In this document: positions 10,220-19,744 of the stretch, one piece after another
How positions within the stretch are numbered: the first letter of the stretch is position 1
Layout of the letters: each line of letters opens with the position of its first letter
From: Kiritimatiellia bacterium
Lineage (GTDB): Bacteria > Verrucomicrobiota > Kiritimatiellia > RFP12 > UBA3636
Direction: 5' to 3'
Assembly (NCBI GenBank): GCA_045589455.1
Contig: JAZNPC010000066.1
Location: 127,227 to 191,226, forward strand
Length of the DNA: 64,000 nt
Notes under the pieces: generated by a model
Databases searched by the model: none
Told to the model about the DNA's origin: nothing
Seen by the model: only the letters and a program-made list of their open reading frames with translations
Translations under genes and position numbers: made by a program

Positions 10220-10584
10220 GTTTTTATAAGTTCTTTTTTTCGCTGTTAAATTTAATTTCAAAAACTTTATTCCTTGTTGTATCCAAATATGGTGTAGTAT
10301 GCAAAAGTAAATGCAACTTTGCACGACTAAATGCACCTTTTCCCATAGAAAACTTTGTGTTTTTACTAAAACCCCTTACTTTTAAAATATTTATGCAACT
10401 CTAATCCCTATCGCACGACTAAACGCACCAAAACAGGTGCATTTAGTTTTGCAAATAACATTCTAAGAATTTGGGACTTTTATGTTTTCTTTTCTGTTTA
10501 CAAATATTTTTTTGTTATGTAGAATGTAAGTCAACAGAGAACATCATACATAATCAGTTGAATAATACATAAGAGAGTTAGACG

Positions 10585-11655
10585 ATGAATAAAAATGCAG
10601 AAATCGTTCCTTGTATGTTAAAAAAGGGAACAGAACCTACGACGAATAAAGTATGTCGCAGACCACAACTTAGGAATAATAGAATAAATTATCAGTTTGG
10701 GTGGTTTTTTGTTACATTCCAGGTGACAGAGAATAAGAGTGAACTAGGTGCGATAGTTGGTGAAAAATGTGTGTTGAATGCACTTGGGGAAGCTGTTGTA
10801 TCACTCATTAAATCATTGCAGCAATATAATCCTGAGGTTTTTGTAGATTCTTTTGTTGTGATGCCAAATCATGTTCATTTAATTTTAAAAATAGAGAATA
10901 AACTTAGTAATGGTGAGCGGCATCTCAGTAAAATTATCGGCAAGCTTAAAAGCCTTGCTGCGTATGAATATCGTTTGCTTAGAAATAATGGGTTGGCACG
11001 TGATATTGGTACAAGTCTTTGGCAAGAGAATTATTGGGAGAAGATAATCTCTTCGTATAAGCAACTTGATGCGATTCGTGTTTATGTGGAGAATAATCCT
11101 AAGTGTTGGTCCATGGATAGATTTGGTCCAGTGACAGCATATTATCTGGGAAATATAGAGCTGTTAAATAAGCCATTCGTTGCTTTTGTGGCGAGTCAGG
11201 AATCAAGAGCTGATGAGCCTGTGTTTAAGTTGGAGCGGAGGCGTGGGACGAGGCGGGGGGCGACGCCCCCGCACCCCGAGAAAATAGATTTTTTGCATTT
11301 AGGGGAAATGGATACTTTGCAGTTGGAGGAATCTTTTTCAGGGGTGTTGGCTCCTGTTATTTCTACTTTTACCAGTCCTCAAGAGCGAGCTGTTCTACGG
11401 CGTATAATAATGAAGAAACGTCGTTTTATAGCAGTTTATCCAGGTGGTTTGCCAACAGTTTTGCCACTAGAGATTGCTGCCTGTGTTAAGTCAGGTATTG
11501 CACTTTTGCTATCTCCGGTTGAATCAGGCACAGGTATCAATAAGCAACGTGCAATTTGGTGTAATGAATATGTAGTTCGCCGTGCAAAAGAGGTGTGGTG
11601 TGGTTATATCAAGCCAGGAGGCACATTAGAATCAATTTTGAAAGCTCTAATGTAA
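10585..11655 (+). CDS. HuH Y1-type (IS200/RAYT-like) transposase homologue fused to a C-terminal DprA-like domain.
   Basis: The N-terminal ~180 aa carry the HuH motif MPNHVHLIL and the catalytic-tyrosine helix SLWQENYWEKII...AIRVYVENNP typical of IS200/REP-associated tyrosine transposases. The C-terminal ~170 aa show a weak DprA-like pattern (FVAFVASQES..., RFIAVYPGG..., LLSPVESGTG..., EVWCGYIKPGG). A GC-rich REP-like palindrome is embedded in the linker. Confidence 0.7.
   Translation: MNKNAEIVPCMLKKGTEPTTNKVCRRPQLRNNRINYQFGWFFVTFQVTENKSELGAIVGEKCVLNALGEAVVSLIKSLQQYNPEVFVDSFVVMPNHVHLILKIENKLSNGERHLSKIIGKLKSLAAYEYRLLRNNGLARDIGTSLWQENYWEKIISSYKQLDAIRVYVENNPKCWSMDRFGPVTAYYLGNIELLNKPFVAFVASQESRADEPVFKLERRRGTRRGATPPHPEKIDFLHLGEMDTLQLEESFSGVLAPVISTFTSPQERAVLRRIIMKKRRFIAVYPGGLPTVLPLEIAACVKSGIALLLSPVESGTGINKQRAIWCNEYVVRRAKEVWCGYIKPGGTLESILKALM
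11255..11285. repeat. GC-rich REP-like palindrome (gcggggggcgacgcccccgc) inside the CDS.
   Basis: It contains the perfect palindrome gggggcg-a-cgccccc. Its reverse-complement partner lies at 11737..11775. Confidence 0.6.
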
Positions 11656-11671
11656 TAAATTTTCTTGTGGA

Positions 11672-11739
11672 GCAAAAATTACCTCACTCAAGTTTATCTC
11701 GGGGTGCAAAAATTGCCTCACTCAAGTTTATCTTGGGGT
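11672..11739 (+). repeat. Tandem direct repeat, 2 x 34 nt (gcaaaaatt[a/g]cctcactcaagtttatct[c/t]ggggt).
   Basis: Two adjacent near-identical copies lie immediately 3' of the HuH-fusion gene, followed by the second GC palindrome. Confidence 0.7.
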
Positions 11740-11775
11740 GCGGGGGCGTCGTCCCCCGCCTTTCCCGCCTTCCCC
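11737..11775. repeat. GC-rich REP-like palindrome (gggtgcgggggcgtcgtcccccgcc), inverted copy of 11255..11285.
   Basis: The stem gcggggg/cccccgc is the reverse complement of the intragenic copy and is flanked by a CCGCC-rich tail. Confidence 0.6.
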
Positions 11776-11840
11776 GCCTCGGATGCGCCCAGATAGTTGG
11801 AGACTGTTGTATGTTGTATTGTTTTCCAAAATGTGAATAA

Positions 11841-11932
11841 TTTCCCCTAATCGCCAAAATCAAGATTAGGGGAAATTTTTTTAAGCCATAAAAAATTTCC
11901 CCTAAATTCAAAAAACGACTTTAGGGGAAATT
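11841..11932. repeat. Two tandem hairpins sharing the stem tttcccctaa/ttaggggaaa.
   Basis: Hairpin 1 is tttcccctaatcgccaaaatcaagattaggggaaa. Hairpin 2 is atttcccctaaattcaaaaaacgactttaggggaaat. Both are followed by T-runs. Confidence 0.55.
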
Positions 11933-11993
11933 TTATTGTTGTATTACCATGCGTAATTTTGTTATATTAAATGCTATAAAAAGGAGTATGGTC

Positions 11994-13424
11994 ATGTTTA
12001 TTGGTAGAGAAAATGCTTTGGATCAGTTAAATGCGCTGTTGCAAAAACAAACCGCATCGCTTGTTACTTGTAGAGGACGTCGACGAATCGGTAAGAGTAC
12101 TCTTATTGAGGTTTTTGCAGAACGCTCTAAAAGCAGATTTATTAAATTAGAGGGGCGTCGTCCAGAAAAAGGACTAACTAACAATGACGAACTTGCTACT
12201 TTTGCTAAACAACTTGCTAACCAAACATCGATAGAATCAACACCTCCATCCAACTGGTTGGATGCGTTTAGAAGAATTGATTCACAAATAAATGATTCTG
12301 AGCGCACAGTTGTCTTGCTCGATGAGGTATCGTGGATGGCATATTATGACAAAAGTTTTGCCTCTGACCTTAAAATGGCTTGGGATAATTTATTCAAAAA
12401 ACATAAAAAATTAATTTTTGTTGTTTGTGGTAGTGTCTCAACATGGATACGAGAAAATATTGTAGATAATGGTGCTTTCTTGGGAAGACGCTCCTTGGAT
12501 ATCGTTCTTAAAGAATTACCAATTTCAGATTGTGTTAAGTTTTGGGGTAAAGCAGCTTCGCGTATAGATGAAAGAGAAATTATAGATGTTCTTTCTGTCA
12601 CAGGCGGTGTTCCTAGATATCTAGAGGAGATAAATCCTTCGCTTTCAGCTTTTGAAAATATTAGACGTCTTTGTTTTATGCCTAATAGTATTCTAAGAAC
12701 AGATTTTGACGAAATGTTTAATGATGTCATAAGTAAAGAACAAGACTTTTCTGCTCAAGTTCTTAGATGTTTAGCGGATGGTTCTAAAACGGGTACGGAA
12801 ATTTCTAAAATGCTTCGAGTAGATAAGGGAGGTAGAGTTTCTGCTGCGTTAAGACGATTAGAAGAAGCAGGGCTTGTTTCTAGTGATGTATCTATCAATC
12901 CTGAGACAGGAAAACCATCAAGAGAAATTCGCTTTCGTTTAAGAGATAATTATTCTAGGTTTTATATAAAATATATAGAACCAATGAAAAGAATTATTGA
13001 TGATGGTGCATTTGATTGTGTTTCTTTAGAAGCATTAGAAGGAATAGAAACCGTACTAGGTTTAGCATTTGAAAATTTAGTAGTTAATAATTATAGAGAG
13101 CTAATCCCACTAATCAATTTAAAAGGGACTTTGGTTACATCTGCTGCACCATATAGACGTGTTGGTGGAAGCAAAAAAGGATGTCAAATAGATTTGCTTA
13201 TACAAACAAGAAGAACCATTTGTGTCGTTGAGATAAAGCGACGTCAAGAAATTGGCAGAGAAATAATAAATGAGGTAGACAATAAAATAAGAGCGATAGA
13301 ACGCCCTTCTGGAGTTTCGGCAAGGGCTGCACTTGTTTATTTAGGTCATCTTTCTCCAGTTGTTGAGGCCGATGGATATTTTGATTCGATTATTCATTTT
13401 AGAAAAGTACTTGGATTATCCTGA
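11994..13424 (+). CDS. ATP-binding protein of the archaeal-type ATPase family (PF01637-like with a DUF234-like C-terminus), STAND-like.
   Basis: The N-terminus FIGRENALDQL...GRRRIGKSTL has a Walker A motif, a Walker B motif (VVLLDEVSWM) and a C-terminal winged-helix-like region. ATG at 11994 lies 7 nt after AAGGAG; upstream ATGs at 11949 and 11988 have poorer spacing. Confidence 0.7.
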   Translation: MFIGRENALDQLNALLQKQTASLVTCRGRRRIGKSTLIEVFAERSKSRFIKLEGRRPEKGLTNNDELATFAKQLANQTSIESTPPSNWLDAFRRIDSQINDSERTVVLLDEVSWMAYYDKSFASDLKMAWDNLFKKHKKLIFVVCGSVSTWIRENIVDNGAFLGRRSLDIVLKELPISDCVKFWGKAASRIDEREIIDVLSVTGGVPRYLEEINPSLSAFENIRRLCFMPNSILRTDFDEMFNDVISKEQDFSAQVLRCLADGSKTGTEISKMLRVDKGGRVSAALRRLEEAGLVSSDVSINPETGKPSREIRFRLRDNYSRFYIKYIEPMKRIIDDGAFDCVSLEALEGIETVLGLAFENLVVNNYRELIPLINLKGTLVTSAAPYRRVGGSKKGCQIDLLIQTRRTICVVEIKRRQEIGREIINEVDNKIRAIERPSGVSARAALVYLGHLSPVVEADGYFDSIIHFRKVLGLS

Positions 13425-13490
13425 TTTTTTATTGATTTTATTATAGATATTGGGAGTATAGATTATCAAATTGCTTTAAAGGAATAGCCT

Positions 13491-14489
13491 ATGTCATTTT
13501 CTTTTAATCCTATTTTCACAAATTCTGCAGTATTTCCGCATTCAAAGCCAATTCGCATATATGGCGAAAGCATTGCTCCAGTCACTGTGTCATTTAATGG
13601 GGTAAAGCTAGAGGCTCAACCAGTTGATGGTAAGTGGTTAGTCACCCTGCCACCGATGGAATGTGGTGGACCCTATGAGCTTGTGGCAGAGTCAGCAGGG
13701 GAGTGCATTTGCCTAAAGGATATTTATGTTGGTGAGGTAATTCTAATTACAGGCCAATCAAATGCAGAAATGAAGCTTGAAAACACAAATGAGCCAAAGG
13801 AAAACTATGCTTCAGAAAATTTGCTTCGCCTTTTCACTATAGATTTTGAGCTCCATACTTGTGAGCATTTTAAAACAAAGGATGGCTGGCAAATCTGCGA
13901 AAAAGAAACTGCTAAGTATTGGACAGCAATAGGGTATTTTATTGGACAAAAGCTTTGTAAGGAACGCGGTGTTGCTGTTGGCATAATCGCATGCTATCAA
14001 GGAGCATCTACAATTCAAAGCTGGCTCGCATACGACCGTGCCACAAAGCCAGAGCTTTTTGTGCCAATGGAAGCACGACATCTTGATTCGATGCACGAAA
14101 CCTATGGGGCGTGGAATGCAGATGGATATTTATATGAAAAGATGATGACAAGACTTATCCCATATTCTCTATCAAGAGTAGTTTTTTATCAGGGAGAGTC
14201 TAATACATCAATGTCAGATGCACAAGTATATGATAAGCTACTGCTAGAATATTTTGATCAGCTTCGCACAGACTTTCAGGATGCAGAGCTTCCAATAACA
14301 ATTGTGCAGATTGCTAACTACATCTGGCGCAAGGATGAAGAATGGAAGGCAATCCAACGCGTGCAGGCCAAAATCCCAGAGCTTGCAAAAGGTGTTAATA
14401 CAGTCCCTTGTGCAGATATTTGTGAAGAAGATGATATTCACCCTCCGTCAAAGCGTGCACTTTCTGAACGCATTGTAGATAGCTTTTAA
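13491..14489 (+). CDS. Sialate O-acetylesterase family (SGNH-type carbohydrate esterase).
   Basis: An N-terminal beta-sandwich-like region (DGKWLVTLPPMECGGPYEL) is followed by the diagnostic ILITGQSNAE motif and a catalytic D...HP near the C-terminus. Confidence 0.7.
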   Translation: MSFSFNPIFTNSAVFPHSKPIRIYGESIAPVTVSFNGVKLEAQPVDGKWLVTLPPMECGGPYELVAESAGECICLKDIYVGEVILITGQSNAEMKLENTNEPKENYASENLLRLFTIDFELHTCEHFKTKDGWQICEKETAKYWTAIGYFIGQKLCKERGVAVGIIACYQGASTIQSWLAYDRATKPELFVPMEARHLDSMHETYGAWNADGYLYEKMMTRLIPYSLSRVVFYQGESNTSMSDAQVYDKLLLEYFDQLRTDFQDAELPITIVQIANYIWRKDEEWKAIQRVQAKIPELAKGVNTVPCADICEEDDIHPPSKRALSERIVDSF

Positions 14490-14521
14490 TCAATGATAAA
14501 AATAAATTGGAGATTTTACCT

Positions 14522-15064
14522 ATGACCATTTTTGAGAAAACACCTAGATTTTGTAAGCTGACAATTTCAAGCACAAGCAGTGTGACAGCAAAAACCTATT
14601 CAATAGTAGCCTTCAATGTTTTTGCTTTTGTATTTGGACAGCTATTAGCATTTGCAGGAGTGTTTTTAATTTTTATTGCAGCATTTATTGGTAAGCCGAT
14701 TTCTGATGTTATATTTTATGTGATTGCACTCATGCTGATTTCAACATTGTTTGGGCTTTATTTTATGTATTGCTTGCTCTTTAGTCCATCCATATCTTTT
14801 GATATGTTGAGAGGGACATTTTCTGTAAAGGGTAAGGGCTTTTTATCAAAGAAGCTTGTAGAAGGAAAGCTTTCTGAGGTTGAAGCAGTTCAAGTTGTGC
14901 CTGTATATATTGATAGCGTTGATTTAGCAACACCTTGGTATTCTATAACGCTTTCGGTATTGCAGCAAGAGGATATTACAATTTGTAGCTTTAAAAATAA
15001 ACATTCTGCAGAGAAGCTTGCAAGAAAGCTTGCAAGGAAGCTTGGCATACAATTATCTTGTTAA
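14522..15064 (+). CDS. Hypothetical small membrane protein.
   Basis: Two predicted TM helices plus a soluble tail. ATG at 14522 is preceded by GGAG; the ORF-track start at 14507 is a TTG. Confidence 0.4.
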   Translation: MTIFEKTPRFCKLTISSTSSVTAKTYSIVAFNVFAFVFGQLLAFAGVFLIFIAAFIGKPISDVIFYVIALMLISTLFGLYFMYCLLFSPSISFDMLRGTFSVKGKGFLSKKLVEGKLSEVEAVQVVPVYIDSVDLATPWYSITLSVLQQEDITICSFKNKHSAEKLARKLARKLGIQLSC

Positions 15065-15068
15065 AAAT

Positions 15069-15959
15069 ATGAGTATTAGAGAAACAAAAATTTGTCATGT
15101 TACATTTATAGGTGCAATAGTGAATATTGCACTATCGTTGGCTAAACTATGTGCTGGAATATTTGGTAATAGTACAGCAATGATAGCGGACGCAATTCAT
15201 TCTATCTCCGATCTAGCTACAGATGTTGCAGTTGTGGTTTTTGTAAGAGTGGCATCAAAGCCATCTGATGAGGATCATGATTTTGGACATGGAAAATACG
15301 AAACACTATCATCTATTTTGGTGGGACTTGCATTGTGTGGAGTTGGATTTGGTATTTTGAAGCATGGAGTAGTTGAAGTATCCAATATTATAAATGGAAG
15401 AGAGATTGCAGGTCCAAGTATTATTGCGTTTGTTGCTGCAATCGTTTCTATAGTTGCAAAGGAGTGGCTTTATAGATTTACCATTAAGCAAGGGAAGAAG
15501 CTTTCTAGCCCTGCAGTGATAGCAAATGCTTGGCATCATCGGTCAGACGCATTTTCTTCTATAGGTACGGCAATTGGTATCGGGGGAGCTATCGCATTGG
15601 GAGATAAGTGGAGTATCTTGGACCCAATAGCAGCGATAATAGTTAGTGTTGTTGTAATTAAAGCAGGAATTGAATTTGTGTTACCTGGAGTTAATGAGCT
15701 TATGGAGCATTCTCTTCCTAAGGAAATAGAAGATGAAATGCTTGCTATTATCAAAAGCAGCAGCCCAATAATTTGTGACCCACATAATTTACGTACACGA
15801 AGCATTGGTGCAAATTATGCGGTTGAGGTGCATATACGACTACCAGAGGATATGCCAGTGGTAGAGGCTCATGAATTAACAAAGAAAATAGAGCTAATGC
15901 TAAAGGAGCGCTTCGGTAAGCGAACACACATAATTGTTCATGTTGAGCCAATAAAGTAG
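15069..15959 (+). CDS. Cation diffusion facilitator (CDF) family metal efflux transporter.
   Basis: CDF signature NIALSLAKLCAGIFGNSTAMIADAIHSISD, six TM helices and a C-terminal cytoplasmic domain. ATG at 15069; the upstream start at 15018 is a TTG. Confidence 0.85.
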   Translation: MSIRETKICHVTFIGAIVNIALSLAKLCAGIFGNSTAMIADAIHSISDLATDVAVVVFVRVASKPSDEDHDFGHGKYETLSSILVGLALCGVGFGILKHGVVEVSNIINGREIAGPSIIAFVAAIVSIVAKEWLYRFTIKQGKKLSSPAVIANAWHHRSDAFSSIGTAIGIGGAIALGDKWSILDPIAAIIVSVVVIKAGIEFVLPGVNELMEHSLPKEIEDEMLAIIKSSSPIICDPHNLRTRSIGANYAVEVHIRLPEDMPVVEAHELTKKIELMLKERFGKRTHIIVHVEPIK

Positions 15960-16281
15960 TAAATAAACACGCAAATTGCGTTGCCTATTTAATTATCTAA
16001 TTTAATGAAATTACGAAAATACCGAGCAGAGATAGCGTAAATTTTATCGCTTGTGCTTAGCCTTCTGTGAAATACTTTTCCTAAGGATTTACGGGTGCAG
16101 ATATAATTGTCTTGATTTGTTTTAGATATTTTGAGATATTATTTAAGTAAATGGTTTCGTTATTGTGTTGATTTGTAAGTAGTTAGATTTTTTATGCAAT
16201 ATAAATGAAACCGTTTTTATTCACCTAATGGGTGAAGTTAACAATTGAATTTATGATTAAGGAAATAACTAAGGGATAATT

Positions 16282-19200
16282 ATGAAAAAGATTATATCGA
16301 TATTGTTTGCATTTGTTACCGTGTTGTCTATTGATGCTTTTGCTGCATGGACTATTGTTTCAGAGGGTTCAAATCCTCAGGTTACAGATGGTAATTGGGT
16401 GATCGAATTAAATTCAAAGTATAAAGCCAAGTTTGTATCTAAGGCTGATGGCGGAAGCACTGTTCTTGATATGTCAACCTTGAATAGCGACTTGGCTGCT
16501 GCTGGCTATTCGTATACATGTACTGAGTTTGATGCAAATGGCTTCCGAGGTAACGCTTATGCTATTCTAAAAACAGAGCTTACGGAAATTTATTTCCCAG
16601 ATGAGGTTACAAAAATCGGTCAGCAGTGTTTCCAAAATTGTAATGCCCTAGTAACAGTTGAGTTAGGAAGTAACTTCACCTCTTTTGCTAATACTCACGG
16701 CTTTTCACAGTGTCATTCATTAACGACATTATACACACGTGGAGAAGAAAAGGTTGTTGGTACAATTAAGCTTCCTGATGCGGTTACAACACTTCCAAAC
16801 TACACATTTGAAGCCTGTAAATCATATACTAACATGATTGCTAGAGGTGTAAAAAAAATTGGTCAGGCAACATTTTATCAAAATGGAGCAGTATGTAGCA
16901 TTGAGCTATCTCCAGAGTTATATTCTGTAACTAGTGGTAATAATAATGGAACAATGTATCAAAACTGGAACTTAACAAATTTTTATCCATCTGTTATGGC
17001 TTTAACAGATAATGTTGGAAATAGCTCCTTCCGTGAACTCCCTTTAAAGCACGGACTTGATTTTTCAAAATCAACCTTTACTGCTGTTGAAGAAAGTTCT
17101 TTTTATGGTATAGCATTGCCTAATGATAAAAAAATTATTTTGCCTTCAACACTGAACAACGTCGGCGCAAATGCATTTCGTCAGCAACAGAATGGCAGAA
17201 CGGAGTATGTAAATCTTCGTTTTCTTGGTGAGGTCCCTGTAACTTTGGGAACAGACTGCTTTACTCCACGTAATAGTGGCAGACATAATGTATTATATGT
17301 TGATGCAAAGAAGTGCACATCTTGGACAGCACAAAATTTCACTCCTCTAACAGAGGATATGAAGAGCGAAGCCTCTTATCCTGGAGAGAAGACACTTGGT
17401 AAGTCAACAATTGGTGTGAACCAAAGCGGCTGGTGGAACTGGCTTGTTCAGGAGGATCTTCCAAAGGGACCAACTGAGTGGAATATCGTTTCAGAAAATG
17501 ATGATGGCTCTATTACAATTTGTAATACTGTAGACACCTGGACCTTTAAGCTAATCCCAGATGGAAATGGTGCTTATCTTGTAAAATACGTTTCTGATGA
17601 GTTGGCTGCTGATGCAACTGTTGAGCTTGAGCTAGTAAAAATTTCTGATGACTTGGAAATTGAAATTGCAGGCTTGGCAGATGAAGCATTTAAGGGCGTG
17701 ACAAAGATTAGTAAGCTTATTCTCCCTGTAGGTGCAGATTATATGGGTGATTATGCTTTGGAAAATTGCACAAATCTTAAAGAGCTAATTCTTTCTTCCG
17801 GCTTTAATTATAATGAAGCAGGTAAGGGTGCATTCAAGGGCTGCTCAAGTCTAAGTATTGTAGGTCTTTCAACTCAATCAATTACTGCAGGTGTTGTTGT
17901 GCTTCCAGATAGTGTTACATCAATATCTGAAGAACTATTTGCAGGTTGCACAAGCATCACACAAGTTACTGGTAAGGGAGTTGCCACAATTGGTGCAAAT
18001 GCTTTTGCTAATGCTTCTGCTCTTGCACGTGTTGCATTCTCTAAGGATCTTGGTGCGCTAACCTTAGGTGAGGGATCATTCATGGGTACAGCACTTATTC
18101 AGACAATTGATTTAACACTAACACCAATGACAAAAATTCCAGCAAATGCATTTGCAAATTGCTCTGGAATTTCACTTGTTATTGTTCCTGCATCTGTAAC
18201 TGAAATCGGTGCTAATGCATTTGCTAATATGGCAGGTGGCGCAAATATCAGCTTTGCTGGTTCTGTTCCAACGCTTGGTGCAAATGCTCTAATGCCTTCA
18301 AGTGGTGCCGCAGGTTCTCGTTATGTTATCCGTGTAGAGGATGAGTATAAGGCATCATGGCAGGAAAATAACTTTACAGCTATTACAGATTCTATGATGG
18401 AGGAGTCTGATTATTATTCAAACTTCTATGTAGGACAAACTACTGCTGGTACAGACGGTACTGCAAACTGGATGTTCTGCAAAGATCCTTCAAAGACTTG
18501 GTGGATCAGTGGTGTTGGTACATATACACGCCTAGATAACAATCAGAAATTTTCTACTCAGACTGTAACTGATGGCACTTACATTATGCATGTAGTTAAA
18601 GACGGAGGAAAGCTATATCTTGCTCCAAGCGTTTGTGTTGCTGGCGGTGTTCTTGATATGTCAACATTGGATGTTGATATTGGTCTTGAGCCAGTGTCAC
18701 TACATGCAAGAGCTTTCTTTAAATTTGAAAATACACCTGCTGTTGTAAGACTGCCTGATAGTATGACATCTATCGGTTATCAAGCATTCCACGAAAATAA
18801 GAAAATTGTTGAGGTTGAACTAGGTGCTGGCATCACATCATTAGGTGATAGCCCATTTAGAGAGTGCGAGGCTTTCTCTACAATGTATCAGCGCGGAACA
18901 GCAGAGCGCATTGAGGGTCAGGTAAATATCCCTGCAACAGTAACATCTATTTCTGCTGGTGCAGAATTCTTTAATTGCGATGGCATTAAAGAGGTTATCG
19001 CTACTGGAGTAGTTGTTGTAGGTAATTCAACATTCTACGAGTGCAGCTATGTCACAAATATTGTTTTATCTCCTGATCTTTATGAATTTAAGGCAGGTGG
19101 ACAAGGTGCTTTCTATCAGTGTAAGTCGCTAAAAACAATTAGTCCAAATGAGATGAAGCTTGTAGCAACAGGCTCCGGAACCTTCCGTGAGTTACGTCTT

Positions 19201-19677
19201 TCCCATGGTTTGGATCTGTCTAAGAGTACATTCACATATGTTGGCGATAAGGCTTTCTATGCAACAAAGTGTACTGATGAAAATGGCTTTGCATGCCCAA
19301 TGGTAATGCCAAAGACTGTTACAAAACTAGATGGACAGGCATTCTGGGGCCAGAATGGAAATGGTAATCAGATTATCGTCTTCAAGGGTGATAAGCCAAC
19401 AAGCGTTCAATCAAACTCGTTAGATACAAATAATAATGGTCTGAATACTCTTGTTGTTGATGCTGAGGCATACCCAGCTTGGCTGGATGCTGGTGAGTTT
19501 ACACCTGCTTCAGAGCTTCCTGAGGCTGATGTTGCAAAGATTAATCTTCAGCTTAATTCAAATCCAAATTATCCTGGCGTAAAGCTTCTTGGTAAACTAT
19601 CAACAGGAACAGCTGGAAAATATCTAAACTGGATTGCTCAGCTTGAACAGCCTTTGACAATGATTATTATTAAATAA
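16282..19677 (+). CDS. Large secreted surface protein (1131 aa) with BspA-type LRR (LRR_5) modules and an internally duplicated two-domain architecture.
   Basis: Signal peptide MKKIISILFAFVTVLSIDAFA. Two homologous halves share VLDMSTL... and FRELxLxHGLDxSKSTFT... modules. LRR_5-like modules (e.g. GAFKGCSSL, ANAFANCS) are present. The C-terminal tail is ...EQPLTMIIIK. Confidence 0.85.
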   Translation: MKKIISILFAFVTVLSIDAFAAWTIVSEGSNPQVTDGNWVIELNSKYKAKFVSKADGGSTVLDMSTLNSDLAAAGYSYTCTEFDANGFRGNAYAILKTELTEIYFPDEVTKIGQQCFQNCNALVTVELGSNFTSFANTHGFSQCHSLTTLYTRGEEKVVGTIKLPDAVTTLPNYTFEACKSYTNMIARGVKKIGQATFYQNGAVCSIELSPELYSVTSGNNNGTMYQNWNLTNFYPSVMALTDNVGNSSFRELPLKHGLDFSKSTFTAVEESSFYGIALPNDKKIILPSTLNNVGANAFRQQQNGRTEYVNLRFLGEVPVTLGTDCFTPRNSGRHNVLYVDAKKCTSWTAQNFTPLTEDMKSEASYPGEKTLGKSTIGVNQSGWWNWLVQEDLPKGPTEWNIVSENDDGSITICNTVDTWTFKLIPDGNGAYLVKYVSDELAADATVELELVKISDDLEIEIAGLADEAFKGVTKISKLILPVGADYMGDYALENCTNLKELILSSGFNYNEAGKGAFKGCSSLSIVGLSTQSITAGVVVLPDSVTSISEELFAGCTSITQVTGKGVATIGANAFANASALARVAFSKDLGALTLGEGSFMGTALIQTIDLTLTPMTKIPANAFANCSGISLVIVPASVTEIGANAFANMAGGANISFAGSVPTLGANALMPSSGAAGSRYVIRVEDEYKASWQENNFTAITDSMMEESDYYSNFYVGQTTAGTDGTANWMFCKDPSKTWWISGVGTYTRLDNNQKFSTQTVTDGTYIMHVVKDGGKLYLAPSVCVAGGVLDMSTLDVDIGLEPVSLHARAFFKFENTPAVVRLPDSMTSIGYQAFHENKKIVEVELGAGITSLGDSPFRECEAFSTMYQRGTAERIEGQVNIPATVTSISAGAEFFNCDGIKEVIATGVVVVGNSTFYECSYVTNIVLSPDLYEFKAGGQGAFYQCKSLKTISPNEMKLVATGSGTFRELRLSHGLDLSKSTFTYVGDKAFYATKCTDENGFACPMVMPKTVTKLDGQAFWGQNGNGNQIIVFKGDKPTSVQSNSLDTNNNGLNTLVVDAEAYPAWLDAGEFTPASELPEADVAKINLQLNSNPNYPGVKLLGKLSTGTAGKYLNWIAQLEQPLTMIIIK

Positions 19678-19703
19678 AAGTTTACCATTTTAAGTAAAGA
19701 AGA

Positions 19704-19744
19704 ATGCTCCTGCTACATAGAATTGTGGTAGGGGCATTTTTTTT
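19704..19744 (+). terminator. Rho-independent terminator after the 1131-aa gene.
   Basis: An imperfect 14-bp stem atgctcctgctaca...tgtggtaggggcat is followed by T8. Confidence 0.55.

Noticed and set aside
10037-10336. 99-aa minus-strand ORF
   Set aside because: It overlaps tRNA-Phe and its terminator on the opposite strand. It has no ribosome-binding site and its composition is non-coding.
11684-11911. 75-aa minus-strand ORF in the REP-like region
   Set aside because: It is a translation of the GC palindrome and the twin hairpins (…PRRGRRERRGTTPPHP…), mirrors the linker of the HuH-fusion gene, and has no ribosome-binding site.
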